From an uncultured delta proteobacterium (GTDB taxonomy: Bacteria; Myxococcota_A; Polyangia; Polyangiales; Polyangiaceae): a stretch of DNA of 64,000 nucleotides. The notes under the pieces were generated by a model that was not told the DNA's origin, searched no databases, and saw only the letters and a list, made by a program, of their open reading frames with translations. Where the stretch lies: NCBI GenBank assembly GCA_963850305.1, contig CAWKKR010000005.1, positions 160,001 to 224,000 on the forward strand. The letters run 5' to 3'. This document shows positions 1-10,609 of this stretch, in pieces. Position 1 is the first letter of the stretch. Every line of letters begins with the position of its first letter. Position numbers and translations under genes: made by a program.

Positions 1-592
1 AAGCGTCTAGCGACTCGTTCAAGTAGTCCCAGTGGAAGAAGAACGTGGAGCGGTCGATGCTCCGCCGGGCGGCCGTGTAGATCCCGTCGACGATGAAATC
101 CCAGTCGCCCGGATAGATGGTGCCGGCGAGCGTGACCTTGTCGCCCACCTTCCATTTGAACTGCTTTGCGATCACGTCGCCGATGAGCGCGCCGCGTCGA
201 TCGTTCAGCCAGTCTTCTCGCTGCGCGGCGGGAACCTGTATCTCGTCCATGACGTTCAGGAACGTCTTGCTGTCGACGGCGAGAGTCGCGAAAAAGGTAT
301 CCTCCGCGTTCGGATTCTTGCCGCCGAACCAGTTCGCCCAGCTCGCCGCCTTGACGCCCGGGACGTTCCGGACCTGGTCCACGTAACGCAACGGTAGCGG
401 GAGCACGAACGTCACCTTGTGGCGTGTCGCGAGGCGATCTTTCGCCGCATAGTCGACGCCGGCCGTCCACGCCGACAGGATGGTCCGCAAGAACAGGAAC
501 GCGATCACGGCGACAGCGACGCCGAGCATCGTCAGGAACGCGCGCACCTTGTTGCGCCAGGCGTTCCGGAGACCGATGCCGAGAATCGTCAC
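1..592 (-). CDS. ABC transporter permease, MacB/FtsX family (runs off window start)
   Basis: Read manually: GTG overlaps the ATPase stop (GTGA); MTILGIGLRNAWRNKVRAFLTMLGVAVAVIAFLFL... is a typical MacB-like permease N-terminus. Confidence 0.85.
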   Translation of the reverse strand, partial: MTILGIGLRNAWRNKVRAFLTMLGVAVAVIAFLFLRTILSAWTAGVDYAAKDRLATRHKVTFVLPLPLRYVDQVRNVPGVKAASWANWFGGKNPNAEDTFFATLAVDSKTFLNVMDEIQVPAAQREDWLNDRRGALIGDVIAKQFKWKVGDKVTLAGTIYPGDWDFIVDGIYTAARRSIDRSTFFFHWDYLNESLDA

Positions 593-1272
593 TTCAACGT
601 TCCCTTGTCGAGCCGCCGGATGATCGTCGCGCGCTCGGCTGCGGCGGGATCGTGCGTGACCATGAAGATGGTCTTCTTGAACTCCGTGTTCAGCCGCACC
701 AGAAGTTCCAGGATTTCGTCCGCGCTCTTGCGATCGAGATCTCCGGTCGGTTCATCCGCGACGATGATCTTCGGATCGGTCACGATGGCGCGCGCGATGG
801 CGACCCGCTGCTCTTGCCCGCCCGAGAGCTGGCGCGGATGGTGCCCCCCGCGATCCTCGAGGCCGACGACGCGAAGGGCGGTCTGCGCGCGCTGTTTCCG
901 CTCGGTCGACGGCAAGTTGGTCAGAAGCAACGGTAACTCGACGTTCTCGAGCGCCGTCAGGACCGGCATCAAGTTGTAGGTCTGGAAGATGAAGCCGATG
1001 GTGGATGCTCGCCACGCGGCGCGATCGCCTTCGGACATCGCGACGAGGTCCGCGCCTGCGACGTGCACGGCGCCGGAGGTGGGGCGGTCCAGTCCCGCGA
1101 TGAGATGGAGCAGGGTCGATTTGCCGGAGCCAGAGGGCCCCATGAGCGCCTCGAAGGACCCTTCAGGCGCGGAGAGATCGAGATTCACCAGGACGTCGAG
1201 AGTCTCGCCGCCGCGCGTATAGCTCTTGGTGACTCCGCGAATGTCGATGATCGGCTTGCTGTCGTCGCTCAT
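589..1272 (-). CDS. ABC transporter ATP-binding protein (LolD/MacB-like)
   Basis: Walker A GPSGSGKS, signature LSGGQEQR, Walker B IIVADEPTG, H-loop VTHD. Confidence 0.95.
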   Translation of the reverse strand: MSDDSKPIIDIRGVTKSYTRGGETLDVLVNLDLSAPEGSFEALMGPSGSGKSTLLHLIAGLDRPTSGAVHVAGADLVAMSEGDRAAWRASTIGFIFQTYNLMPVLTALENVELPLLLTNLPSTERKQRAQTALRVVGLEDRGGHHPRQLSGGQEQRVAIARAIVTDPKIIVADEPTGDLDRKSADEILELLVRLNTEFKKTIFMVTHDPAAAERATIIRRLDKGTLK

Positions 1273-2501
1273 CCCTGACCCTTTTCCTTGATCTGCTGCC
1301 CATCCGCGAGCTGGGGCGGCGGATCCTTCACGATGCGCGTTCCGGCGGCGGGCCCGCTCACCAGCTCGAATCCGGATCCGAAAGGCTCGCCGAGCTTCAC
1401 CGGAACCATCCGCACGGCACCAGCGTCGATGACATACACGACTTTCGCCCCGGCCCGGTCGGAAATTCCGGACGCCGGAACGACGAGCTTTGGCGGTTCT
1501 TGCATCGCCCGGGCGTCGAGTGCGTTGGTCAGAAAGCTCACCCGCGCCGCCATGTCCGACAGCACGCCTTCCGTCGAATCCACGAACCGAACCTTGACGG
1601 TCACCGTCGCCTTCTGGCGATTGATCTTCGGACTGATCTCGAGGACGGCCCCGCGGAACCTCCGGCTCGGGTAAGCGTCGAGCACGATCTCGCAGGGGGC
1701 CCCCAGCTTCACGAGCGCCAGGCGTGACTCGGGGACGTCGGTTTCGACCGCGAGGGTGGACATGTCGGCGATTTCGATGGTGAGCGGCGTCAGCGTCAGG
1801 GCGCCGACCAGTTCGCCCAGCTGCGGCGGTTTGCTTATGATCTCGCCATTGATGGGAGATCGGAGCGTAAGGTAGGTGAGGTTCACCTGTGCGGCCGCGA
1901 CTTCCGAAAGCGCGGCACTGGTTTCTGCCTGTGCCGCCTTCACGTTTGCGTCGAGGGCGGCGAGGTGCGCCGTCAGGTTCTCGGCGTTGGCTTTCGGGGA
2001 GATGCCGGCGGCGACGAGGCGCGTCTCACGGTCGAGCTGGACCTGCGTCTCGGCTGCCGACGCGCGCTCGGCTTGTGTCTTCGCACGGGCCGACGCGACG
2101 CGCGTCTCGGCCGCGCTCAGCTGAGCTCGATAGTCCGCGCTGTCGAGCTCCATGAGCAGATCGCCGGACTTCACGGAGTCCCCCTCCTTCACGTAGATTC
2201 GCGTCACGCGACCCGGGATCTTCGCGCCAACGAGCGAGTGCACCTGCGGCACCACGTACCCCGTCGAAGACAGCTCGATCGACGCTTGCGCCGGTGAGAC
2301 CAAGGCAATTTCCGTGACGTCGACCTCCGTCTTGAAGAACTCGGCCTCTAGCCGCGGCCGCGCATAGACGTAGGTCGCCCCCAGGGCCCCCGCGATGCCG
2401 AGCGCGATGAGGATCGCCCCGAACGGCCACCGCCCGGACGGCTTACGTGTGGTTCGATCGATCCGCAGCGAAGCCAGGTCGGAGGAGAGCTGATCGGCCA
2501 T
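1269..2501 (-). CDS. Efflux periplasmic adaptor / membrane fusion protein (MacA-like)
   Basis: N-terminal TM helix, lipoyl-like VKEGDSVKSGDLL, coiled-coil hairpin, LRSPING; 4-bp overlap with the ATPase gene. Confidence 0.9.
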   Translation of the reverse strand: MADQLSSDLASLRIDRTTRKPSGRWPFGAILIALGIAGALGATYVYARPRLEAEFFKTEVDVTEIALVSPAQASIELSSTGYVVPQVHSLVGAKIPGRVTRIYVKEGDSVKSGDLLMELDSADYRAQLSAAETRVASARAKTQAERASAAETQVQLDRETRLVAAGISPKANAENLTAHLAALDANVKAAQAETSAALSEVAAAQVNLTYLTLRSPINGEIISKPPQLGELVGALTLTPLTIEIADMSTLAVETDVPESRLALVKLGAPCEIVLDAYPSRRFRGAVLEISPKINRQKATVTVKVRFVDSTEGVLSDMAARVSFLTNALDARAMQEPPKLVVPASGISDRAGAKVVYVIDAGAVRMVPVKLGEPFGSGFELVSGPAAGTRIVKDPPPQLADGQQIKEKGQG

Positions 2502-2615
2502 GGGTCTCGCGACGGTGGGGGCAGATCATAGTCCAGAGACCCGGTCTTCGACGAGCCCGTTACGGACGAATCCCGGTCGGGCGCCGTCACGGACCGGGAG
2601 TGCTACGAAGGCGGC

Positions 2616-3509
2616 ATGCCTTCCGTTCTTCGTGTTGCGACCCTCAACATATGGAACCGGTCCGGACCCTGGTCGGACCGCGTTGAGTTGATCCGAGCGG
2701 AGCTCGCCCGCCTCGACATCGACGTCATCGGCTTACAGGAGGTTCTCCGCCCGACCGCGCCAGGAGCCTCGCCGCACGCCATGTGGATCGCCGAGGAAAC
2801 GGCACTGACGGACCCTTCCGCGGATCAGGCGAGCGCCATTTGCGCAACGACGCATCCCCACGTCGCCTACGGGGCCGCCGCGGACTACGGCAACGGGCTG
2901 CTCTTCGGGAACGCCCTCGCGAGTCGCCATCCGATCGTCGAGCACTCGGCGTTCGAGCTGCCAGGGCGCGAGACGGGGGAGTCGCGGTCGCTCCTCTACG
3001 CTCTCGTCGAGCATCCTCTGGGGCGACTGCCGGTCTTCGTCACGCACCTGAACTGGAAGCTCCATCACGGTTCCGTGCGAGTGCGGCAAGTGGTGGCAAT
3101 ATCGGAGCATGTGAAGCGGCTCGCGCCTCTGGACGAGTCGCGGTTGCCCCCTCTGCTCATGGGCGACTTCAACGCGGAGCCCGACTCGGACGAGATTCGG
3201 TTCCTGCGAGGACTTGCGACGATTGGAGACAAGAGCGTCTATTTCGCGGACGCGTGGATTTACGGCGGGGACGGCTCTCCCGGCTACACCTTCGACCGTA
3301 AGAATCGGTTCGCCGCGCTCGCGCACGAGCCGCCGCGACGCATCGACTACATCTTCGTACGGGGTCCTGACGGAAAACTTCGCGGGGAGCCGCGGAAGAC
3401 GCGCCTCGCCTTTGCCAGTCACGTCCCCAAGGCGGACGGCCCACTCTGGTGTTCGGACCACTTCGGCGTTGTCACCGAGCTGACGGCGGAGCCCAGTTCT
3501 TGGGGATAG
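2616..3509 (+). CDS. Endonuclease/exonuclease/phosphatase (EEP) family protein
   Basis: Motifs ATLNIW, GLQEV, THL, MGDFN, RIDYIF, SDH. Confidence 0.9.
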   Translation: MPSVLRVATLNIWNRSGPWSDRVELIRAELARLDIDVIGLQEVLRPTAPGASPHAMWIAEETALTDPSADQASAICATTHPHVAYGAAADYGNGLLFGNALASRHPIVEHSAFELPGRETGESRSLLYALVEHPLGRLPVFVTHLNWKLHHGSVRVRQVVAISEHVKRLAPLDESRLPPLLMGDFNAEPDSDEIRFLRGLATIGDKSVYFADAWIYGGDGSPGYTFDRKNRFAALAHEPPRRIDYIFVRGPDGKLRGEPRKTRLAFASHVPKADGPLWCSDHFGVVTELTAEPSSWG

Positions 3510-3516
3510 TGTCCGG

Positions 3517-5061
3517 ATGATGGCGTCGCCGGAGAACGTCGCGCTCGCGGAGCAAGTCGGGAAGCGACGCTTCCCGTGGAGCGAACCGGCAAGCTATGTC
3601 CTGACCCGGGGCGCGCTGCTGCGCGGGCTCGGGTTCGTTTACGCGGTCGCGTTCTTCTCGCTGTCGAACCAGCTCATGGGCTTGATCGGGAGCCACGGGC
3701 TGCTGCCCGCGAGTCGCTATCTGGACGAGCTCCGGAGCTTCGGCAACGGCGCGCCGTTCGAACCGACGCTGTTCTGGTTCTCGAGCTCGGACGCCGCTCT
3801 CCGCGCCGCGTGCGACGCGGGGCTCGTGCTCTCGGTGATCGCGTGCGCAGGCTTCGCGAACTCGGTCGTCATGGCGGCGCTGTGGGTGCTCTACACGTCG
3901 TTCGTCAACGTGGGACAGGTCTTCTACGGATACGGCTGGGAGCTTCTCACGCTCGAAGCGGGGTTTCTGGCGGTCTTTCTGGCGCCACCCTGGGATCCGC
4001 GCGGCCGCAGATCGCCTCCGCCGACGGCCATCGTGTGGCTTTATCGATGGCTCCTGTTCCGCGTCATGTTCGGCGCCGGCCTCATCAAGTTGCGTGGCGA
4101 TCCGTGCTGGGTCCATCTTACGTGTCTCGCGGATCACTACGAAACACAGCCGATTCCGAACCCTCTGAGCTACTACCTCCATGCGCTCCCAATGTGGGTG
4201 CACAAGGCGGGCGCGCTGTTCAATCACTTCGTGGAGCTCGTCGTGCCTTGGGGGTTGTTCGGGACGCGTCGAATCCGCCACGCGGCGGGCGTGTTCACGA
4301 TCCTCTTTCAGGTCATGCTCATCCTGAGCGGTAACCTTTCATTCCTGAACTGGCTCACGATAGTCGTCGCCCTGTCGGCGTTCGACGACGGCGCGTTCGA
4401 GGAGCTGTTGCCCGCTCGCGCTCGCGTAGCGGCTCGTATTGCGAGTTTGCGTGACCTTACCCCGACGACGGCGCGCCGGTACGTCGTCACGGGCGTCACC
4501 GTGGTCATCCTGATGCTCAGCATCTTTCCCGCCGTGAACATGATCTCCCCCGATCAGCGCATGAACGGGTCCTTCGAACCCTTTCATCTCGTCAACACCT
4601 ACGGCGCCTTCGGGAGCGTGGAGCATGAACGCGACGAGGTCGTTCTGGAGGGCACTTACGACGATCCCGGTTCGCCCTCCGCGCGATGGCTCGAGTACGA
4701 GTTTCCGTGCAAACCGGGTGATCCGAAGCGACGCCCCTGCTTCGTTTCGCCGTATCACTACCGGCTGGACTGGCAGATGTGGTTTGCGGGGCTCTCGAAC
4801 TACCGGCGCGAACCCTGGATCGTGAAGCTCGTCTACGAACTATTGAGAGGAAACTCCACCGTCCTGGCGCTCCTGTCGAAGAACCCGTTCCCGGGGCGTC
4901 CCCCGCGTTACGTGCGCGCGCTGCTCTATCGCTATGAGTTCACGAGAAACCGGAAAGACGGCTGGTGGAAACGGACGCTCGTCGGAGAATATCTCCGTCC
5001 GATGGCGCTCGACGACCCGGGCCTCCATGAATTCCTGAAGGACCGAGATTGGCTTCCGTGA
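3517..5061 (+). CDS. Lipase maturation factor (LMF) family membrane protein
   Basis: YGYGWELLTLEAGFL, HYETQPIPNPLS, NTYGAFGSV, SPYHYRLDWQMWFA, several TM segments. Confidence 0.9.
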   Translation: MMASPENVALAEQVGKRRFPWSEPASYVLTRGALLRGLGFVYAVAFFSLSNQLMGLIGSHGLLPASRYLDELRSFGNGAPFEPTLFWFSSSDAALRAACDAGLVLSVIACAGFANSVVMAALWVLYTSFVNVGQVFYGYGWELLTLEAGFLAVFLAPPWDPRGRRSPPPTAIVWLYRWLLFRVMFGAGLIKLRGDPCWVHLTCLADHYETQPIPNPLSYYLHALPMWVHKAGALFNHFVELVVPWGLFGTRRIRHAAGVFTILFQVMLILSGNLSFLNWLTIVVALSAFDDGAFEELLPARARVAARIASLRDLTPTTARRYVVTGVTVVILMLSIFPAVNMISPDQRMNGSFEPFHLVNTYGAFGSVEHERDEVVLEGTYDDPGSPSARWLEYEFPCKPGDPKRRPCFVSPYHYRLDWQMWFAGLSNYRREPWIVKLVYELLRGNSTVLALLSKNPFPGRPPRYVRALLYRYEFTRNRKDGWWKRTLVGEYLRPMALDDPGLHEFLKDRDWLP

Positions 5062-5093
5062 TTCGCCGGATTCGTGCGATATAGTGGGCTTCC

Positions 5094-5489
5094 ATGACTC
5101 CCGGTGAAAAGAACGTGTTGAAGTCGCTGGTCGCGGTTGCCTGGGCGGACGGGCAGATCGCCGACGGCGAGTTCGGTGTCATCGAGGGTTTGCTGGCGGG
5201 CTTCGATGCGACGGAGGATGAGGAGACCGAGATCCTCGAGTATGCGAAGACCCCGCGGAGCATCGAGCACGACGTCCCGTTTGCCGATCTGAGCGACGAG
5301 GATCGCGAGCTTTTGCTCTCGAACGCGGCGCTCCTCACCCAGGCGGACGGTGAGCAGAGCGACGGCGAGCGAGAGTTGCTCGACGAATTGGTGGATCTTC
5401 TCGGGTTCTCGCGCGACGAGGCCGACGAGATCATCGACGCGACCCGGGACGGAGTCTTGAACCTGGGAACCAAGCCGCTCGACGACTGA
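5094..5489 (+). CDS. TerB-like (tellurite resistance fold) acidic protein
   Basis: Two ADG-x5-E motifs (AWADGQIADGE, QADGEQSDGE). Confidence 0.75.
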   Translation: MTPGEKNVLKSLVAVAWADGQIADGEFGVIEGLLAGFDATEDEETEILEYAKTPRSIEHDVPFADLSDEDRELLLSNAALLTQADGEQSDGERELLDELVDLLGFSRDEADEIIDATRDGVLNLGTKPLDD

Positions 5490-5491
5490 AC

Positions 5492-6286
5492 ATGACTATC
5501 TTCAAGGACAGGCTACTTGCGGGTCGCGTTGCATTCGTCACGGGTGGCGGTTCGGGGATCGGATCTGGCATTGCTAGAGGGCTCGCGGCGCAAGGTGCGA
5601 AGGTGGCAGTCCTGGGGCGTCGCGCCGAGATGCTCGAGGCGGTCGCGAAGGAGATCCGCGATGCCGGGGGCTCGGCCCTGGCGACCCCAGCGGATGTTCG
5701 CGAGTACGGCGATGTCGAGAAGGCGATCGAGAGCACCGTCGCCGAATTCGGTCGGCTCGACATCCTGATCAACTCCGCCGCCGGCAACTTCGTCGCACCC
5801 GCGGCGCAGCTCAGCGCGAACGGGTTCAAGGCGGTCGTCGGCATCGACCTGCTGGGTACGTTCAACGCTTGCCGGGCTGCCTTCGCGCCATTGTCGGTCC
5901 AGGGCGGCTCGATCGTGAACATCTCCGCGCCGCAGGCCTTCGTGCCGACTCCGGCGCAGGTCCATGTGGGTGCGGCAAAGGCGGGCATCGAGAAGCTCAC
6001 GCGCGACCTCGCTCTCGAGTGGGGCCGGGTCGGGATCCGCGTCAACTCGGTCGTGCCGGGACCGACCGAGGACACGGAGGGAATGCGACGCCTGGGGCCG
6101 TCCGACCCCGAAGTTCAGGCGCGCATGAAGAAGAACATTCCACTCGGACGCTGGGGAAGAATTCAGGAGCTCTCGGACGCCGTCATCTATCTGGTCTCGG
6201 ATGCCGCCGCGTACATTACTGCGACGACGCTCGTCGTCGACGGGGGCTCGTCGCTGGTGTCGCGTGGCTCCATCGGTGAGCTCTGA
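5492..6286 (+). CDS. SDR oxidoreductase, 2,4-dienoyl-CoA reductase-like
   Basis: TGGGSGIG, NSAAGNF, HVGAAKAG, LALEWG. Confidence 0.85.
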   Translation: MTIFKDRLLAGRVAFVTGGGSGIGSGIARGLAAQGAKVAVLGRRAEMLEAVAKEIRDAGGSALATPADVREYGDVEKAIESTVAEFGRLDILINSAAGNFVAPAAQLSANGFKAVVGIDLLGTFNACRAAFAPLSVQGGSIVNISAPQAFVPTPAQVHVGAAKAGIEKLTRDLALEWGRVGIRVNSVVPGPTEDTEGMRRLGPSDPEVQARMKKNIPLGRWGRIQELSDAVIYLVSDAAAYITATTLVVDGGSSLVSRGSIGEL

Positions 6287-6289
6287 GGA

Positions 6290-7411
6290 TCAGATCTTGT
6301 CGAGTCCAAGCAAGCGCATGGCGTTCTTTGCGTACACCTTCTCGAGCACGTCGCGCGTGAGGTAGATCCCGTCGATCGTCCACGTCCCTTGGATGGGAGT
6401 CGGGTGAGCGAAGCCGCGGTCGCCCGTCTCGAAGAAGCGATGGGTCGCGCTGAAGAACAGCTCCTGTTCGGCGGGGGTCGGTGGTTTCGGTCCCGATGAG
6501 CCGAGGAAGAGCGGTTCAGGATCCGGACCGACCCCGAGATCGGAGCCGTACAGGATCCGGTCCTGGAACTCCTCGAAGAACGCATGCAGTTTCTCGGCCG
6601 GGTGGCGGCCCATCTCCGGAATTCGCGCGGCGGTGTCGATGTACATGTTCGGATAACGGCGGAGCATCTCAGCCACGCGATCCATGTCTTCCGCGCAATT
6701 GCCGAAATGAACGGAGATGAACTTCGTCCTTGGGTGCCGCGCAATGCGGCGCTCGAGCGCCTTGGACATCTCGTCGAACGAGGGCACGTCGCGGCCGTAG
6801 AGTGCCCATCCTGGGTGAGCGGTGAGCTCCGCATAACGCTCGTTGTGGGCGTCCACCGGCTGCCAGAAGGCTCGCGGATCCCCCGAGTGAATCGCTACGG
6901 GCATGCCGAGCTCGCCTGCCATCTCGAACACGGGGTCCAGCTCGGCGTCGTCGACGGGAACGAGTTTCCCGTCGGGACCAGTGAGCCCGAGGCCGAGTGC
7001 TTTCGTGATCTTCAGCCCCTTCGCGCCGAGATCGTGGCCCATTCGGACGAATTCCGCCATGCGCCGGCCGTAGCCCGGGGCCTGCGCCTGCTCGTACGCG
7101 AGCCCGGTGAACACCGTGATCCTGCCGCCCGATGCTCGTGCGGCCGCCATCTGCTTCGGAAGGCTGCCCATCGGATGTCCGCCGGACAGGTTCACGATGT
7201 GAGCGATGCCGTAACGTTTCATGAGCGCCAGGAGTCGGATGTCCCCGCCGACCGCCAGATGGACGTGCGCGTCGAGCATGGGGATGTGCCGGGCATCCGG
7301 GGAAATGCTCGACCGCTCTTGTCTGCGGCGCGCGATCGGGAGGAGCGCCGTGAGAAGGCTGGCCACCACGATGGTCGACGCAACCGCGGCCAGAATTTTC
7401 CGTCGGGCCAT
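6290..7411 (-). CDS. Amidohydrolase family protein (Amidohydro_2), exported or membrane-anchored
   Basis: [22 protein letters not shown]-terminal hydrophobic segment. Confidence 0.85.
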   Translation of the reverse strand: MARRKILAAVASTIVVASLLTALLPIARRRQERSSISPDARHIPMLDAHVHLAVGGDIRLLALMKRYGIAHIVNLSGGHPMGSLPKQMAAARASGGRITVFTGLAYEQAQAPGYGRRMAEFVRMGHDLGAKGLKITKALGLGLTGPDGKLVPVDDAELDPVFEMAGELGMPVAIHSGDPRAFWQPVDAHNERYAELTAHPGWALYGRDVPSFDEMSKALERRIARHPRTKFISVHFGNCAEDMDRVAEMLRRYPNMYIDTAARIPEMGRHPAEKLHAFFEEFQDRILYGSDLGVGPDPEPLFLGSSGPKPPTPAEQELFFSATHRFFETGDRGFAHPTPIQGTWTIDGIYLTRDVLEKVYAKNAMRLLGLDKI

Positions 7412-7494
7412 ATCGCCACTTTATCTCGGACGTTCGTGGCCCGGACACGCTTCGTGGCCTTTTCTCGTCGGCTCGTCTTTGGTACACGAGCGCC

Positions 7495-7965
7495 ATGATG
7501 ATGTTCGATTGTCGTCTCGTCGTTCGCGCCGCGCTCTTGTCCCTCTGCCTCGTCGCTTGCGACAAGAGAGTGCCCGAGCCCGAATCGCGCCCCGAGGTCC
7601 CCGCGCCGTCGGGAGAGAGCATCTCCGAGGTCCCCGCGCCCGCGGAGCTCGTCAAGGAAGACGTTCTGGTCGGCAAGGGCAGGGAAGCCAAGAACGGGGA
7701 TCACGTGGTCGTCAACTACACGGGCACGCTCACGGACGGGACGAAGTTCGACAGCTCGCTGGACCGCAACGAACCGTTCGACTTCACGCTCGGAGCCGGG
7801 ATGGTGATCAAGGGGTGGGATCAGGGCGTCCTCGGGATGAAAGTCGGCGGAAAGCGACGCCTGACGATTCCGTCGCAGCTCGGCTACGGCGAGCGAGGCT
7901 CGCCGCCGAAGATCCCGCCGAACGCGACGCTCGTCTTCGACGTCGAGCTCGTTGCCATCAAGTAG
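7495..7965 (+). CDS. FKBP-type peptidyl-prolyl isomerase, lipoprotein
   Basis: [33 protein letters not shown]; lipobox LVAC. Confidence 0.95.
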   Translation: MMMFDCRLVVRAALLSLCLVACDKRVPEPESRPEVPAPSGESISEVPAPAELVKEDVLVGKGREAKNGDHVVVNYTGTLTDGTKFDSSLDRNEPFDFTLGAGMVIKGWDQGVLGMKVGGKRRLTIPSQLGYGERGSPPKIPPNATLVFDVELVAIK

Positions 7966-8067
7966 CTACGAGTAAAGGGGGCCTTGCCTGCCTTGCGCGG
8001 GCTCGCTCCGCGAGCTAGGCCGCAGCTCTTTGAGCCCTCGGGGACGACGCTGCTCTTCGATGCGGAA

Positions 8068-9234
8068 TTACTTGGTCCGCGGATAGCTGCCGAGGACGCG
8101 TACCATGTCGCACTGGGCTTCGAGCCGAGCGAGCGCGCGCGTCACGCTAACGTCGAATCGGTGACCCTCGAGGTCCGTGAAGAACACGTATTGCCAGAGT
8201 TCTCCACGACGCGGACGGGATTCGATGCGAGAGAGGTTGATGCGTTCTTCGTCGAAAATCTCGAGTACGCGTCGCAGAGCTCCGCGTTCGTCGCGGGTAG
8301 AAAATAGAATCGATGTTCGGTCGTCACCGGTCGGAGGGGCGTCGTGTTGCGCGAGCACCACGAACCTCGTCGCATTTTCCTTCCGGTCCTGGATGCTGTC
8401 GCGGAGGACCGTCAGCCCCGTCAGCTCCGCGGCGAGCCGGCTCGCGATGGCCGCGGCGGAGGGGTCCGCTGCGGCTTCTCGCGCAGCGCTGCTGGTCGAC
8501 AGCGAAACGACGAGCTGCGCCTGCGGCAGGTTCTTCGCGAGCCAATCCCGGCATTGAGCCAGTGCTTGTGGGTGCGAGTGCACGCGCGCGATCCTGCCGA
8601 GGTCGTCGGTCAAGCCGACCAGGCATTGAGAAACGTCGAGGACGACCTCGCCGCGCACCATCACGGACGTCTCGAGCAGACAGTCGAGAGTGTGCGTGAC
8701 GCCGCCTTCCGTCGAATTCTCGATCGGCGCAACGCCGTACGTCGTCGTGCCGCGAGCGACGGCATCGAATACGGCCGGAATCGTCGCGGACTCGACGTAG
8801 CGCGCGGCCGTGCCGAAGCTACTTCGCGCGGCCATGTGAGTGAAGGTGCCAGGCGGGCCGAAATAAGACACGCTGATTCCCTCCTCGAGCGATAGGCAGG
8901 CGCTGATGATCTCGCGAAACACGGGACGGACGCCTTCGCTTGGAAACGCCGGATCCTGGGTCTCGTCGAGCCTCTGCTCGAGACGCTCGTAGATTTGCTG
9001 CTCGCGCTCGGGGTCGTGCATCCTTCGCGCGGTGTCGCGCTTGCGTTTACCGACGTCGCGAACGAGGTGCGCGCGTCGATTCAGCAGGTCGAGTAGCTCG
9101 TCGTCTATCTTGTCGATCTGGGTTCTGAGCTCCGCGACCGTCTTTTCGCGTCCGACGTCCCTCGCTTTCGTGCGCGATGGCCGCACGGAGGGTGCGCGAT
9201 GCCCGGACGACTTGGGAGGGGCCCGCACGGTCAC
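8068..9234 (-). CDS. pheA: Chorismate mutase / prephenate dehydratase (P-protein)
   Basis: LRTQIDKID CM domain, GPPGTFT, PIENSTEG, SHPQALAQC, NATRF, ACT motif SRIESRP; start placed at GTG overlapping the upstream stop. Confidence 0.93.
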   Translation of the reverse strand: MTVRAPPKSSGHRAPSVRPSRTKARDVGREKTVAELRTQIDKIDDELLDLLNRRAHLVRDVGKRKRDTARRMHDPEREQQIYERLEQRLDETQDPAFPSEGVRPVFREIISACLSLEEGISVSYFGPPGTFTHMAARSSFGTAARYVESATIPAVFDAVARGTTTYGVAPIENSTEGGVTHTLDCLLETSVMVRGEVVLDVSQCLVGLTDDLGRIARVHSHPQALAQCRDWLAKNLPQAQLVVSLSTSSAAREAAADPSAAAIASRLAAELTGLTVLRDSIQDRKENATRFVVLAQHDAPPTGDDRTSILFSTRDERGALRRVLEIFDEERINLSRIESRPRRGELWQYVFFTDLEGHRFDVSVTRALARLEAQCDMVRVLGSYPRTK

Positions 9235-9974
9235 CCGCGCTCGGCGAGCAGTGCGACCCGCACCGCGTGCGCGGCGTGCGCGCGCGCGGCCCTTGGCCAG
9301 CCGAGGATCTTCGCCGTGGCGTCCACGACGGCCGCCCACGCGTCCGCCTCGCCTCGCAATTCGCGAACGACATGCACGACCTGCGAGAATTCCTGCTTCG
9401 ATTTCACGTGTCTGGGAAGGCTCGCCCAGAGGATCTGCGCGCACTCGCCGTATGCGCGCTCACACTCGGCCTGAGGTGTCTCGCGGATTGCCGAATGAGC
9501 CTTTTCGATTAGGCGCGCAATCCGCGCGACGTTCTTGTCGCCCGACCCATCGAGTTCCCACGCAGCCCATGCGCGTTCGATGCTCGCCTCGAGGAGCGGC
9601 GCGACTCGTCCGTCGCGAATCGCCGCTTCCAGCGCCAGCGACATCCTGCGAGCGCGAAGCATCCATCCCGGCGCGTTCTCGGGAAGCGGGCTTCCAAAAT
9701 CGGGCGCCGTGCGCGCCGCGTCGGGGGTCCGACTCCCGGGCGGTGGCCGGGTGCGGCGCAATTCGTCCGGGTCAGGAGGTGGGGGCTGATAATCGTTGGA
9801 CGAGGGCGGCGCCATCTCCACGGGCGACGACTGCGCTGGCGGTCTCGCGGAACGCCGTGAAGCCGGTCCCGACTGCGGCGGTGCAGGATTAGTGCGGGCC
9901 GGCGAGGGCGACACCATTCGGTGGGCCGTCACGGTCGGCGTCCCCTGATGCAGCGTCTTTTTGATGTCCGCCAT
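9231..9974 (-). CDS. Hypothetical protein (Pro-rich N-terminus, helical C-terminal domain)
   Basis: Protein-like ORF whose stop overlaps the pheA start. Confidence 0.65.
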   Translation of the reverse strand: MADIKKTLHQGTPTVTAHRMVSPSPARTNPAPPQSGPASRRSARPPAQSSPVEMAPPSSNDYQPPPPDPDELRRTRPPPGSRTPDAARTAPDFGSPLPENAPGWMLRARRMSLALEAAIRDGRVAPLLEASIERAWAAWELDGSGDKNVARIARLIEKAHSAIRETPQAECERAYGECAQILWASLPRHVKSKQEFSQVVHVVRELRGEADAWAAVVDATAKILGWPRAARAHAAHAVRVALLAERG

Positions 9975-10133
9975 ACCGTCGTCCCGACCGAAATCGCCAC
10001 GGTATCATCCTTTGTCGAGTGTCCACCAGTGTGGCCTCGCCTTGACCTCCATAGGATCCGTCTTCGACCGTCGACGTCGGGTTTTTTTCGCCCGATTCGA
10101 TCGCTCGGATGATTGTCGAGGATCTCCTGGGGT

Positions 10134-10175
10134 AAAAAAGAAAGCGGGTGCCGGAGCGTCAGCTCGTGGCACCCG
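10134..10175 (-). terminator. Rho-independent terminator after SCP2 gene
   Basis: Stem CGGGTGCC...GGCACCCG followed by CTTTCTTTTTT on the minus strand. Confidence 0.8.
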
Positions 10176-10195
10176 TTGCAGGCCCAAGGGCGTGC

Positions 10196-10522
10196 TTATT
10201 TGATCATGTCGGTGAGCTTCTGAAGCTTCATCGCGAGACCCATGTCTCCTTCGATCTTCAGCTTGCCCGTGAAAAACAGCTGCTGGCCATTGGCGCGACC
10301 TTCGACCATGTCGACGTAGTCCTTCGCCGCCATCTTGATCGTGCATTGCGCGGCGCCGTCGCCCTCGGTGACCCCGGGAGCGTCCTTCAGGTTCATGATG
10401 TACGTACCGCCGCCATCACCATCGAGGACGAACTTGTAGACTGCGCCGATCTGGCTCGCCTGCGCCTTGTTCTCCTCGATCTTCGTCTTTGCCGTACTCA
10501 TCAGCTCTTTGGCTGTTGCCAT
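10196..10522 (-). CDS. SCP2 sterol/lipid-binding domain protein
   Basis: YKFVLDGDGGG, LFFTGKLKIEGDMGLAMKL; RBS AGGAG. Confidence 0.92.
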   Translation of the reverse strand: MATAKELMSTAKTKIEENKAQASQIGAVYKFVLDGDGGGTYIMNLKDAPGVTEGDGAAQCTIKMAAKDYVDMVEGRANGQQLFFTGKLKIEGDMGLAMKLQKLTDMIK

Positions 10523-10609
10523 TTTCGTTCTCTCCTGTGTTCTTCCTGTTTCGATGGTCTTCTGACCGGGAGTGCCGTCGGGCGAGGCCCTCTGGCGCGT
10601 GTGATGTTT

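Noticed and set aside
4961..4968. GCTGGTGG (E. coli Chi) in a window containing recBCD
   Set aside because: Single occurrence noticed, inside a CDS; Chi sequences are lineage-specific
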